In this document: piece by piece, positions 1 to 13,900 of the stretch
Position numbering within the stretch: position 1 is the first letter of the stretch
How the letters are laid out: each line of letters starts with the position of its first letter
Made by a program: the position numbers and the translations under genes
Assembly: GCF_009914755.1 (NCBI RefSeq)
Contig: NC_060925.1
Length of the DNA: 64,000 nucleotides
Reading direction: 5' to 3' (one strand)
From: the human T2T-CHM13v2.0 reference genome, Homo sapiens
Notes under the pieces: generated by a model
Databases searched by the model: none
Seen by the model: only the letters and a program-made list of their open reading frames with translations
What the model was told of the DNA's origin: nothing

Positions 1-1483
1 TCTATGGCAGCCATAGCCTTATTAAATGTACTTCTTAGATCATAAGACTTGAAGGTCAAAATTCCTCCTTGATTTATAGGCTGAAGAATGGATGTTGTGT
101 TAGCAGACAGAAAAACAACATTCATTTCTTTGTGCATCTTCATCAGAGCTCTCAGCTGACCAGGTACATTGTAATGATAGTAATATTTTGTAAGAAAGCT
201 TCTTTTCTGAGCAGTGGGTCTTCATAATGGGCTTAAAATATTCAGTAAACCATGCTGTAAGCAGACATGCTGTCATCCAGGCTTTGTCATTTCATTTATA
301 GGGCACAGACAGAGTAGATTTAGCATAATTCTCGAGTAGATTTAGCATAATTCTTAAGGGCCCTAATGTTTTCAGAGTGGTAAATGAGCATTGGCTTCAA
401 CTTAAAGTCATCAGTTGCTTTAGCCTCTAACAAAGTCATCCTGTTCTCTGAAGCTTTGAAGCCAAGCATCGACTTCTCCTCTCTAGCTAGTTAAGTCCTA
501 GATGGCATCTGTTTCCAATATAAGGCTGTTTTGAATACATTGAATATCTTTTTAGCATAGCCACCTTCATCAACTAACTTAGCCAGATCTTCTGGGTAAC
601 TTACTGTAGCTTCTACATCAGCACTTGCTTCACCTTGCAGTTTTATGTTATGGAGATGGCTTCTTTCTATAAACCTCATAAGCCAACCTCTGATAGTTTC
701 AAACTTTTCTTCTGAAGCTTTATAAAATTGAAGAGAGTTAAGGCCTTGCTATGGATTAGGTTTTAGTTTACTTAGGGCAATTTGGAGGCTGTTTTGGTCT
801 TCTATCCCGACGACTAAAACTATATCAGCAATAAACCTATTTTGCTTTCTTACCATTCATGTGCTCACAAGAGTAGCAGTTTTAATTTCCTTCAAAAACA
901 TTTCCTTTGCATTCCCAAGTTGGCTAACTGGTGCAAGAGGCCTATGGCTCAACATGTCTGAGCTTTTAACATGCCTTTCTCACTAAGCTTCATCATTTCT
1001 AGCTTTTGATTTAAAGTTAGAGGCAACCCTTCCTTTCACGTAGAGGCCATTGTATGGTTATTAATTGGCTTAATTTCAATATTGTTGTGACTTAGAAAAT
1101 AAGGAGGCCTGGTTGAGGGCAGAGGGAGAGAGACCAGTGGATGAGCAACTGGAGAATACCCTGTCAATAGAGCAGTCGGAACCCACACATTTATCAATTA
1201 AATTCACGGTCTTACATGGATGTGGCTCATGGTGTTCCTGAAGAACTATAATAGTCACATCAAAGATCACTGATCACAGATCACTGTCACAGATATAATA
1301 AAAATGAAAAAGCGTGAAATATTGTGAGAATTACCAAAATGTGACACAAAGATATGAAGTGATTACATGCTGTTGAAAAAAAAAAATGATGCCAATAGAC
1401 TTGCTGGACCAAAGTTTGCCACAAACCTTCAGTTTGTAAAAAAACACAGTAGCTGCAAAGCGCAATAAAATGAGGCATGTGTA
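1..1483 (-). mobile_element. Tigger1 (TcMar-Tigger DNA transposon), 5' half with decayed transposase; runs off the window start
   Basis: Minus-strand ORF 491-679 ([48 protein letters not shown]) is Tigger1/TIGD1-like transposase. 1461-1483 reverse-complements to the Tigger1 5' terminus (CAGGCATACCTCGTTTTATTGCG-like) next to TA. Confidence 0.93.
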
Positions 1484-1629
1484 CATTATTTAGACCACCA
1501 CTCTTACTAACATTTTTAAAAGCAAATGCTAAAATTTAAAAAACAAGTTTATTTAAATACATATTCTTTATATATTTTTTGCCATACTATTTTTTTCAAT
1601 GTTCTTCCTTAAATGTACAGGACTAATTC

Positions 1630-1760
1630 ATATATATATATATATATACACACACATATATATATACACACACACACGTACATATATATACATATACATA
1701 CACACATATGTACATGTATATACATATACATGTACATATATATATACGCACACACTGTAT
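1630..1760. repeat. Compound (TA)n/(CA)n/(TACA)n microsatellite
   Basis: Alternating purine-pyrimidine run directly visible; explains ORFs 1599-1881. Confidence 0.95.
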
Positions 1761-2029
1761 AAACAAAAATATGTGATTCTTTGACCCTACCTGGGGGGTG
1801 AAATACAAATTTCTGCCTTTGGCCCTTGCTTTTTGTACATTGAATGTGATCAAAGTAAATATGGTTAGCCAAATTACACATGAAACAAACCTTAAAAAGA
1901 TACCATATACGATACTTAGGAATAAAGGTAACAGGACGTGATAAGTGCGTAATGATGTATATCAGTTAAAAACATGAAATATACAATTTTAAATGAGGTT
2001 TTCTAGCAAGGAACTTTAGTTAGGGAGAA

Positions 2030-2712
<683 letters not shown>

Positions 2713-2776
2713 TAATTGCCATTTTGGCAAGCACTGTGCTTATGTATAACATAAACACAGAAAATAGAAAAGAAAA

Positions 2777-3119
<343 letters not shown>

Positions 3120-3129
3120 TAAATGGACT

Positions 3130-3760
3130 TTATATTCAAGAGGAGAAGATAGACTTTAAATAATCACACAAAGAAACCTTTGATAACAAATAGTGATAAA
3201 GAGGAAAAGCTACAATGAAAAAATAAATAAGCTGATCAGATTTAATTGGAATAGAGCATATAGTCAAGGAAGGCTTCTTTGAAGAAGTGATATTTAAATC
3301 AAATTAATAAAGATGGATATGGGGAGAGTGGTCATTCCAAGCAATGAGAATAGCATATGCAAACCTCATAATTAAGAGACCCTTAAAGTAGAAAAGAGCT
3401 TGGTAAAATTGAGGACAAAGAAGAGGACAGAAAAGAGGAGCATCGCAAAGAATCAAGAGAGAATGTTGTGAGAAGAAAATGAGGCCGGATTGTTGTAGCT
3501 CTTTGAAGCTACGTTCAGGCTAGGCTACTATTGAAAGTGCCAGGAGAAGCTCCCGAAGAATTTAAGCAGAGTGAGGCAGGAAGATTCCCTTTTGCAAAGA
3601 TACCTCTGGTTTTGTCTGGCTAATGTATTGGAAGGAGGCAAGTGGTAGTGTGAGAGCCCTTTAAGAGGCTATTGTAGTGGGAAAGACAGAGATGAAGGTC
3701 ATTAGGCTTCAAGCGGAGGAGATGGAGACTGAATGAGAAAGAGAGATTAAAAATATTTTT
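3130..3760 (-). mobile_element. L2 fragment (continues about 4150-4260 and 4567-4615)
   Basis: aaggaaggcttctttgaagaagtgatattt and ttaagaggctattgtagt are typical antisense L2 3' region. Confidence 0.65.
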
Positions 3761-3763
3761 TAG

Positions 3764-4062
<299 letters not shown>

Positions 4063-4249
4063 TCTATCTATATAATATTTTTAAAATTATATATTAAAAA
4101 GTTATATATAAATTATATATGTTAAAAATTATATATACACACACACACTTTGGAAGTAGTATCAAGAGAATTTGATGATGGATTGGAAAAGAAAGTAATA
4201 TGTCAAGCAAGACCCACTTTTTCTGGTCTGAGTAACCTCCCTGAGCTAA

Positions 4250-4557
<308 letters not shown>

Positions 4558-4619
4558 GGAAACTTTAAACCAGAGGTTTAAAAGCCTTGTTTTGGCCATA
4601 GTACATTTGAGAAACCAGA

Positions 4620-4925
4620 TAGACTATTTTTATATTATTTGAGTGAATATTTAGTAAATTGTCCACTAGAAGAGACCAGAATTGCTTTGTGTTCTGTAGA
4701 AGAGCAGATCCACAGCCACAAATGTCAAGTTTACACAGAGGTGCACTTCAACCCAGTCCACGAAAGAACTGTTTTTAAAAAACTAGACTGTCCAGAAACC
4801 TGCCTTAGAAGAGGGTAAGTTTCCCCTCACAGTACCTCTTCTGGCAGAGTCAGAAGTCTACCCGACCTGTATTTAAAAGATGTCTGCACTGTGTGTAACA
4901 CTGAACTGGAGTCTTTTTCAACACT
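4620..4925 (+). mobile_element. L3/CR1 3' end fragment
   Basis: gactgtccagaaa..ctgccttagaagagggtaagtttcccctcac and tctttttcaacact resemble the L3/MIR3 3' terminus. Confidence 0.55.
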
Positions 4926-5069
4926 ATTGTGTTGAATTTCAGCTATAAAGTTTTAAGACATTGAGAAAACAAAGAAGATTCTCTCGTAGGTCACTGCAGG
5001 TGTTTGGTAAGTCATTTAATTGTTGATTGCTACTGGGCAAGTCCCTCACACCTTTCTACCAGAAGGGCG

Positions 5070-5170
5070 ATTGATTGCATCAAGCAGCTATTGGCTATTT
5101 ACCAAAACATGCACACTTTCTCTCCCAGGTAAATGAAGGTCAGCCAGCCCCACACCCAAATGAGTCACAG
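5070..5170. promoter_or_regulatory. Candidate enhancer/promoter motif cluster (CARE, NF-Y, nuclear-receptor half-site, KLF, AP-1)
   Basis: ATTGCATCA 5074-5082, ATTGG 5090-5094, TGAAGGTCA 5134-5142, CCCCACACCC 5148-5157, TGAGTCA 5161-5167. Confidence 0.45.
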
Positions 5171-8100
5171 AGGTTAGAAGCCAAGAATTCTCTTCCAATA
5201 TAACTCTAAACTTGCCTCATGCAAACGTCTTTAATTTGTAATGGTTTGCTTTCATGTTGTGCTTAAACTTAGCTTCAAGCATCCCTCTCAACCCAGCACT
5301 CCCAGACAATCAATACCCACAGACGTATAGTCATTTGAGATGATATTCAACTCAGTTGTCATCCCTGCTCAACCCCAAGGCTCACAGTACTGAAGGGCTC
5401 TACCCCCAATAACTCCATGGAGGATGAGAAATGGTGATGATTTATTCTAGGCCCAGAGACCCAGAGGATCTCACTAAGCATTCATACCACTTGCCAGCCA
5501 GAGCAATGATTATTTTTTTCCCATTGGTAGTGCTTCAATTTTTCCAAAAAAACAATTCTTTAGAAATTTAGGAAGATTCTTTAGTGTGGACTATATAAAT
5601 ATATACAGGTGGAAAGTTTAAGTTTGTCATATCTTGATGTGTGATTACATATGGAGAGTGGGAGAAAGAATCAGCCACACAACTAAGCATCCCATGATAG
5701 ATACTGTGCTTAATCTGAGCCAGAGATTTGAGGCAAAGCTTCTCAGTCCTCTGGAAATAAAGAAAGCTTTTATTTTCTTTTCCATAGACTTTAGTCTTCA
5801 GTAATAATTGTGTGCTTTGTGATTGTAGCTCAGGAATAGTACCTATCACATTAGAGTTCAATTTTAATATATCTAGAGCTCTTTAATAAGACCGTCTGTT
5901 AAGACTAGGGCAGTGACTGATTAATAAGTTGGTTCAAGTAGACTTTCATTCAGGTCTCAGTAATAAGTGCTCTGTCTAGTTGATAAATTTCCACACTAAA
6001 CACAAACGTTGTTATTTGTCATATACTAACTGTTTTAATGGACCATTCTTCATGATCTTTAACAACCATCAATTGATCTCTAGGACTCCAGTGTCACACG
6101 GCAATCCAGCTATGTTCAAAGAATCTAAGTTTAAGTGAACTACATACAAAAGAAGAAAAAAACACATTAATTTGCTCTAGGGACAGAAATATATAAAGCA
6201 CATTAATGAAGATGTGAACAACAAGAAGTGACTCAGGGCTGTTATTTTTCTCCACAGCAGAAATACTGTAATCAATCCAGACAGTTATATCTTCAGTTCC
6301 TCAGGTTTTAATAAAGGTAAGTCTAAGAATTCTATTTAGACTTTCAGACCATTACATCCTGAACCGTCAGAAATAATCAGATATGTTTTAAATCAGCTAG
6401 GAGATAAACTGATCGATTTCATCCTTGTAAAACATAAACTCTAGAGGTAGCTTAATTTTCACATTCATCATTTGTGATTATTTTTCCAGTTCCTCTTTGC
6501 TTTAAAAACTACATCAAACTCGGATTTCCCTGCAGCGGACTGGCAGGCCTAAGCCACTTAATACAAATAAAGCCCAAAATGCTTAGAAATGAAATGAGTT
6601 GTTTTTTAAAGAGGTTCAGGACATACACTTATGTCCTAAGAGTACAAAAGGATATGCCTCCTTCTTTATCTGAGAGTCTCCGGTGGCAACATTAGCACAT
6701 CGATGTTTTATGCATTTCATACATAATGCTCCATGTGATTATCAAATCCAGACTGCAGAGCGGAATTAAGTTTGCTGAGAATGGAATGGGACGGGAGGAA
6801 GGACATGTGCTATTGAGAGAAATCATCCCATTCCTTTATCTTCTAGGAGATCTGCGGAAGCCTTTCCTTTGGAAAGTGCTCAAAGACAGATCAAATGTGA
6901 TAATAAAGGTTCACTATCTGAACAGGTCTGCCCTAGAAATAGTGCTTTGGAAATTCGAGGTGGAAAGAAAGGCAGTCTGTGCCAGAAACTGATTAAATTT
7001 CAGTCATCTATCCAAAGCAGTCCCTGGTTGCTTGTAAAATGCTCCATATAATTACAGTAACTATGGGTTTTAAAGGAATTTACACATTAGCCTTTATCAT
7101 GGGACTTTCTTTGTGGGTGCATTTCTACTTTAAAATCAATATCCCTAAAATAAACTTTAATAAGGTTTATTAATTTTATCTATGTGGACCTTTAAAAAGT
7201 CAATATCAAATATCTTTCTTCAGATTCTTCTTGGCATTTGAAGAAGCTTAGATATAATCAAATGTCATGCCCTCTGTATGTTAAATGATCATTGTTCTAT
7301 GACTTTGCTCTTGTATACAACTTAGCCCTCTTTTAAACTTTGGAAGAGTTGTGAATCAATACTAAATACCGTTTAAAACGTATAGGTCATCCTGATACAT
7401 GATCTCAGTACCGTGGACAAGGCCCATTAGTTGCTTCTTGAGCTATTATCTTGCTCTGCGTTAGATTTGAATAACCCACAGAAGTCATTTGACAGCCCCC
7501 AGCTGACCCTGCACCATGGTGGCTAAAATCACTTCTTTGAAACAACCTGCAGGCCTTTGAAACAACCTCAGGGAACAAAAAACAAAAAGGCTTTTAGAAA
7601 GTAGTGTCCCAGAGAAGAACACGACTACACTGCCTTTCATTCAAAGTGCCATAAGGAGCATTGACAGGATACCACAAATTTCAAACCTTTTTCCTTTCAG
7701 AAGAGACTGAGTGCCAACATTTCTTTACAGTAAGCTTCAAAAGGGAAGAATTTCTACCAACTACATACTCAGTGGTTTGTTGGTATGTGGCTATAATCTT
7801 AATCCAGAGAACAGTAAATTTATAATTTTCATTGGAGGGAAGAATTTTGAGGAAACCATAGTTTAAGATCTTCCTTGACACCAGAAGAGTTCCATCAGTA
7901 AATCATACAGGAAACATCGAATTGTGCTACCCACTAAAAATAAAACCTGTTTTAATGTCAGACATTTGTAAAAGTAAAGGTCAAGCCAACCCCCATCCCT
8001 AAAATATAAGCCTCAGTACTAGGTTAGAAGCTTATTGATTAGGTCTCTTTTTTCTGTCTCTACCCTACCCCAGTAATAGTATCTTGGAAAACTTATTATA

Positions 8101-8519
8101 AAGTGAATTCATAATATTGAAACAGAACTTTACTGGGAGTCATACCTTAAAAAGATAATTTTATTAGCTGAGATAAACAGTGCATCTTTCCACTCAGATA
8201 AAGAAGACTGTAGAGAACGTTCAGATACTTTAACATAGTTAGCTATGTTAAAGTACCCTGTGGTAAGGATCACCTCAATTCCAGTATCTTTATCCACCTA
8301 GTGCAACAAATAAGCTAGCTCTAGCCACCCCACTCTTCCTCCTACACACAGAAAAATGCTATTTGACACACAATTGAATCAAAACATCAAAGGGCACAGA
8401 AGCGCTTAATTATCATTTTATAGTCTGCCCTTTAACTGGACTGTTTAAGAGAGATTTTCATTTCCTTTGTTATTAGCCAGTAAAGGATATTTTACATGAT
8501 CTACAAAAAAAAAAAAATC

Positions 8520-9012
8520 TATCAACTTATTTAGGATAGAGTTTAGCTGCTTTTAGTGCAAAACCCAATTAACAGTAGTAACTTAATTCAATTAGTGGAT
8601 TCTTCCCTGATGCAGAAGAAGTCGAGTTTTCACGATTATAAGCCATCCATGTTCCCACTGTCTAACTGCTCTGCCACTCTGCATGCATAGCCTCTATTTT
8701 TTGTGAGTGCTTGCAAGATAGCACTAAAGCTCCAGTCATTATGTTCACTTTTCCAAACAATAGGAAGGGCAAGGGAGTAAGGGCCTGTGGAGTCATCATA
8801 CTGCATTCTTCTCAGAACACCCCACCCCCAACCCCACCAACCAATCCAAAGGCTCATCTTTATGTCTCATTATCCACCCCTATTTTGAAAGGAGGCTGAG
8901 AGACAGTTTTGTAGACAGACATATTGCTGTTTCTGACAATATAGGAAAGCTGCTACACAGGAAGAGGAGAAGAATAAATATTAGGTGAACAATTAATAGT
9001 CTCTGCTCCACA
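8520..9012. mobile_element. Old MaLR LTR (MLT1J/K/L-like)
   Basis: ttaggatagagtttagctgct...ggaggctgagagacag...tagtctctgctccaca pattern typical of old MLT1 LTRs. Confidence 0.5.
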
Positions 9013-12000
9013 ATCTAAACTTACTCCTTAATATGCTTCTGAGGTGTCTCATTTTGCAGACCTGTGACCTAAAATCTAATGAAAATATTTCTCTAAAAGC
9101 TAAACGGTTATTCTGTTAGCTAAGATCTTTTAGCTTCATATGTCTGCCTGAGCAGCATCATACTTTAGAAAAGAAAGCTCTAAATATAAAGTACAATTTT
9201 AAAATAATTTGATTATATCAAAACTGCCCAAACCACCAACTGTTTTTTAGATGCCAATTTATTTTTCACTTGTGAAACTTTGAGATGATAGGCATCTAAG
9301 GTTTCAGCAACTGTTATTTCCAAAGCTTAAAAGAATCAGAGAGGAAAATTGCTGGTTTCACACTATAAAATGTCCCTATTCTGCCTCAACTGAAACATTA
9401 TCGTTACCAGTACATTAATATATTGCTCTAGAAATTGCAATCTTTATAGATTAATTTTCTGACAGCTCTGCTGGTATAGATTTACTTCTTTTGCTTTGCA
9501 CATTTCTGATGATCAGATTTTAATTTGAGTAAAGGTGAAATAGAAAGAAAACTGTTATTTTGATTAAATTGCATTTAAGTAAATGGCAGTATTTTCGGTC
9601 ATCCAAGAGGCTTTTTCATTTCTAGCTGGTATTTGCCATATGCTAATAAACTAGAACATCACAAGATTAATGTCTATTAAAATATGAGTTTTCCTCACCA
9701 TGGTTAGCATCTCATCATCATGATGAGGATGACCAAAAGTACCTGAAATATGTTGATGTTTTATAGAAAAATGGGGTCAGAAGATAATCTCAAATACTGA
9801 CCCAATGAGGATTAATTCAAACAGATTTCTAAAACTGTCACATGTCACTGAATGAAACACATGTGATACACTGCCTGGCCCATGACATCTGCAGGTCATA
9901 TCTGATTAAAGAAAAGCAAGGTCACACATTTCTATATCAACATGTATGCACACTTCCTTGGGGAATGTTCTACTGCTGGGGAACATACAGAGAACAAAAC
10001 TTTAATTTCTCTAACTACAATCCAAAAATATCTAATGTATCTTACTTGATCAGAGTCAAAGTATGCTTCAGGGGCTACTTATCTGGAGAATTTGTATGTC
10101 CTTGGGTCAGGAATTATTCTTTTAAACTGGAATATCTTTATAATTCAGCCAAACTAATGGATCTTTCCTATTATACCATGGCATTATCATCTAGGTACAC
10201 AAAAGCTGTTAACACATGGCATACTTAATCACCATTACTACAAGCTGCCAACAGATGCATCAGTCAACAAATCTATTCTAATTGTGTCCTGGAAAGAAGT
10301 GTTTCACACCTTTGGAGGTTGACGTCTGCACCAGGCAGAAGTGCAAAAAAGTGTTTAAGGTCCACATTTATGGATACCTGATAGGTGCATTTGAGAAAAT
10401 ATGAACGTTGCTCAAAGGATGTTTTAAAGAACACAGAACACATGTTAATAACTATGACTGTTAACATTTTAAAGTTTAACAACAGATTAATTTGGCTGAT
10501 AAGTACATATGTGACTGAATCATAAATTTCACAAGTGCTGGAACCATGTCTTAAACATATTTGCATGCCCCATAGTGCCTGGCACAGTGCCTGGTAAATT
10601 GAATGCTCTCAATAAATATTTGATGATAATGAGTATTTTATTTTACATCTACATCAAACCAAAACATCAAGCTGATGGAAAGGGAGTTTTTCACTTCTAG
10701 ATTCCTTTACTCCCTTATACTCATACCGTGTGTAATTGCTTTTTAAACATCAGACAGTATGAAATTTTCTAACTAAAAAGAAATATGCAAGAATGCAAAA
10801 GATGATAGAGAGAGAGGTTTCACATTTGCAAGTAAAGAGGATCGTTTTGGAAATACTTCATGTTATTACTTAGGATCTGAAATAATGATTAGATAAGTTT
10901 TGACCCTTTGGGGGTATGTTACGTTTACTTTGTATTTTGGGACCATGGCATCCAGGCAGTAGAAATATAGACAATGATATATCAAGTCACAGGCATGATA
11001 CAGCAATAAATAAGTGCTCATCTTTTGCATGATTACTGTCGTACTGCTTTGGTATTATATTTGTTTTCCTCAAATAATTATTAGCTATATATAAATAATA
11101 AACTTTACTCCCTCGCTACTGGAAAATGATGTTTGACATTAAGGAAAGGTCAGGTATTGTGAGTGGGAAACCACAATGTGCATTGCCTTTAAGGATTATT
11201 GAATTAAGAGGTACATATATTTGACAAAGTATAGAAATCAAATAGCTACCATGTTAGCAGTGCCATTTTACATGCCATAGATTTATTGATCATTTAATAA
11301 TATTTTTAACAGTTAAAACTGTGAGTACTTAGTATGCATTATGATGTAAAATGTAATATCACACCCTTGAAGATTATATGAGAGCATTTTAACTAGGGTA
11401 AATTAACCAATTATTTGGACATCAGATTGGAATATAACTTAAACAAAGGTGTTTAATTTTAGAAAGCACAAAAAAATTAAGTCACTTATGTCAGTTAAGT
11501 TGTATCTGTTGACCTAGGGGACAAGTTAAATCAATATTACAGCTACTTACACACAACAACACAAACTCTTTCCATGGGCCCAAGTTGTATTTTGACGTTT
11601 GTATGTGACAAATGGATTCTGCAACTCACAAGGATGCTTATGCTATAGATGTCATGATAGAAGGTTTCCAGATGAAACGAGAAGAAAAAAAACATTTTTT
11701 GTCCAACTCTGTGCCTTTCACTGAAGCGTAAATCACAGCATAAGTTTTATATTCAGAAATATCACAGGAGTAATCAAAATAAATATATGTACTCAAGGTT
11801 CTAGAATATATACTCACAACTTCATTTTTTTTCTGATAGACAACACAATTTCTGCCCTTAATTCTGGAGTCTCCTATTTTATTATTAGTATATTTGATCA
11901 GTAAAAGAAATATTTTAGCAGAGCTTGGTAATCAAAAAACATAAGAACTTTTATAGAATTTTCATAAAATATTTAATATGCCAATCAAGTTGTGTAAGTA

Positions 12001-12932
12001 CCTCATGGGGGCAAATTGATTTATATTAATCAAATTTAGCAGTATCTATGTTCCAAGAGCTTTGGAAACATTAAATTCAAACCTCCTCATGGAAATACAA
12101 TTTAATCCCAGGTAGATGTTCTTGCTTGCCATTACCTGAATGATTACATGGCCTTTGAAAGTTACACAAGGTTGAAATGTACCCAAAATATTGGACTCCT
12201 CTGAGGAAACATGTATAGAAATGTACAACGATAATACTTTTATTCGAAATTGAACCAAATACCCCTAACATATGTGCCTTTCACCTTATTTTCTCCAGTA
12301 ATACATCAAAGCAAGAAAGTTTTAAAAAGAGAGAGGGATGTAGAACTTCATATGAAATTTGAAAGCATGAGTTCAGTTTTTGTGTTATTGTTTTGTGTTT
12401 TAAAAGTATATGTTTTTCTTTACCTTTGTTTTATTTTTTCCCCTTGGACAAAAATGTATCATAATAAGACTGTGATATTTTACACTGAGATGAGTTTAAA
12501 GTTTATACACTAGGAAGTTCAGCGACCTGGGAATTAGGAAACTCGTTTCTGAAATAAGCTGTACCACCATCTGGTCGTATAACTTTGGGCAAATCATGAA
12601 ACCTCTCTAGACCTTGTAGATGTGGTTCACCATGTTGTAAAGTGAGGCTATTGGAATAAATCATTTAAAAGGTGTTTATGTTAAGGCTTTCCTTAGCATC
12701 TACCAGAGTGTAACCACTACACAGAGGGACCCAAAGAGAAATACCCGGACCTGGACTTTTTATTGCCGACCTGGGCTTCTATCCTAAATCTGCTCTCCTA
12801 CTTAGAGAAAGTGGACTGAAAAAAATGTAGAATTACCGGAGACACCTTTTATGGTACCTTATTAGAGTCAAAGCATCCAACCAGAGGACATAGCCCTTTA
12901 GCTGCATTTATCCTGGGCACCTCCTTGACTTT

Positions 12933-13251
12933 TTAATTAATTATTTATTTATTTATTTATTTATTTTTTGAGACGGAGTCTCACTCTATCGCCCAGGCTG
13001 GAGTGCAGTGGCACCATCTTGGCTCACAGCAACCTCTGCCCTCCAAGTTCAAGTGATTCTCCTACCTCAGCCTCCTGAATAGCTGGGATTACAGGCACCT
13101 GCCACTGCGCCTGGATAATTTTTTGTATTTTTAGTAGAGACAGGTGTTTCACCATCTTGGCCAGGCTGGTCTTGAACTCTTGACCTTGTGATCCACCCAC
13201 CTTGGCCTCCCAAAGTGCTGGGATTACAGGCATGAGCCACAGAACCTGGCC
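12933..13251 (-). mobile_element. AluS (Sg/Sc-like), (TTTA)n tail, TSD TCCTTGACTTT
   Basis: Antisense Alu; TSD at 12922-12932 and 13252-13262. Confidence 0.95.
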
Positions 13252-13529
13252 TCCTTGACTTTCTTTTTAGCCTTTCAGAGCTGGGGGGTTCCCTAAGCAA
13301 AAAAAAAAAAAAAAAAATTCCTTACTTCCAAATGTAATGGAAAGTTATAGTGTTCTGTGGGAGTCCACAATTATTACTGTAATGAGATTGCTATGATGCA
13401 GTGGTGGTGGCATGGTTGTAGTGGTGATGATATTGACAAGAGTATGGTCCCTAGAAGAATATAAAATGCATTATTGGTAACTTCATTCAATTTACTTTGA
13501 TAAGAGTTTGCTCTCAATCTCAGCCTGGT

Positions 13530-13646
13530 ACCTTTCAAATCTGCTGGAAACTTGATCTTAGACTTCCTAACCTCCATAACTTTAAGAAATAAAACAAATA
13601 ATCCAGTTTATGGCATTTTGTTACAGCAGTTCAAATAGACCAACAC
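13530..13646 (+). mobile_element. MLT1 LTR 3' fragment
   Basis: cttgatcttagacttcctaacctcc..agaaataaa..tatggcattttgttacagcag..accaacaca. Confidence 0.75.
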
Positions 13647-13667
13647 AGGACTTTTCCTGATAGTTTT

Positions 13668-13900
13668 AGAATAGCATAATGGTTAATAGCACAAGCTCTG
13701 AAACCAGCTAGACTGTGTTTCATCTGGTTCTACCACTTGCCAGCTGTGAGCCTACATAGGTTGCTCATCTTCCCCATATCTTGGTTCCTCTTCTATAAAA
13801 ACGATACTTACATCTTGGCCATCATGTGAACATAAATTCAATAATGTGTATATTACATTTTTTCAGATAAACAAACTCTCAAAAGGGTTAGATATTATTA
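13668..13900 (+). mobile_element. MIR
   Basis: atagcataatggttaatagcacaagctctgaaaccag..ctaccacttgccagctgtg MIR 5' end and core. Confidence 0.75.

Noticed and set aside
6847-6880. Translation RSAEAFPLE resembles the ACTH/POMC C-terminus (SAEAFPLEF)
   Set aside because: Only 8 residues, with no flanking POMC similarity; coincidence.
9720-9800. ATGATGA...CTGA...CTGA spacing like a C/D-box snoRNA
   Set aside because: No convincing terminal stem or recognisable rRNA/snRNA guide.
9842-10228. 128-aa ATG-initiated ORF in unique sequence
   Set aside because: No recognisable domain, weak Kozak context, no promoter evidence; about one ORF of this size is plausible by chance in six frames of 64 kb.
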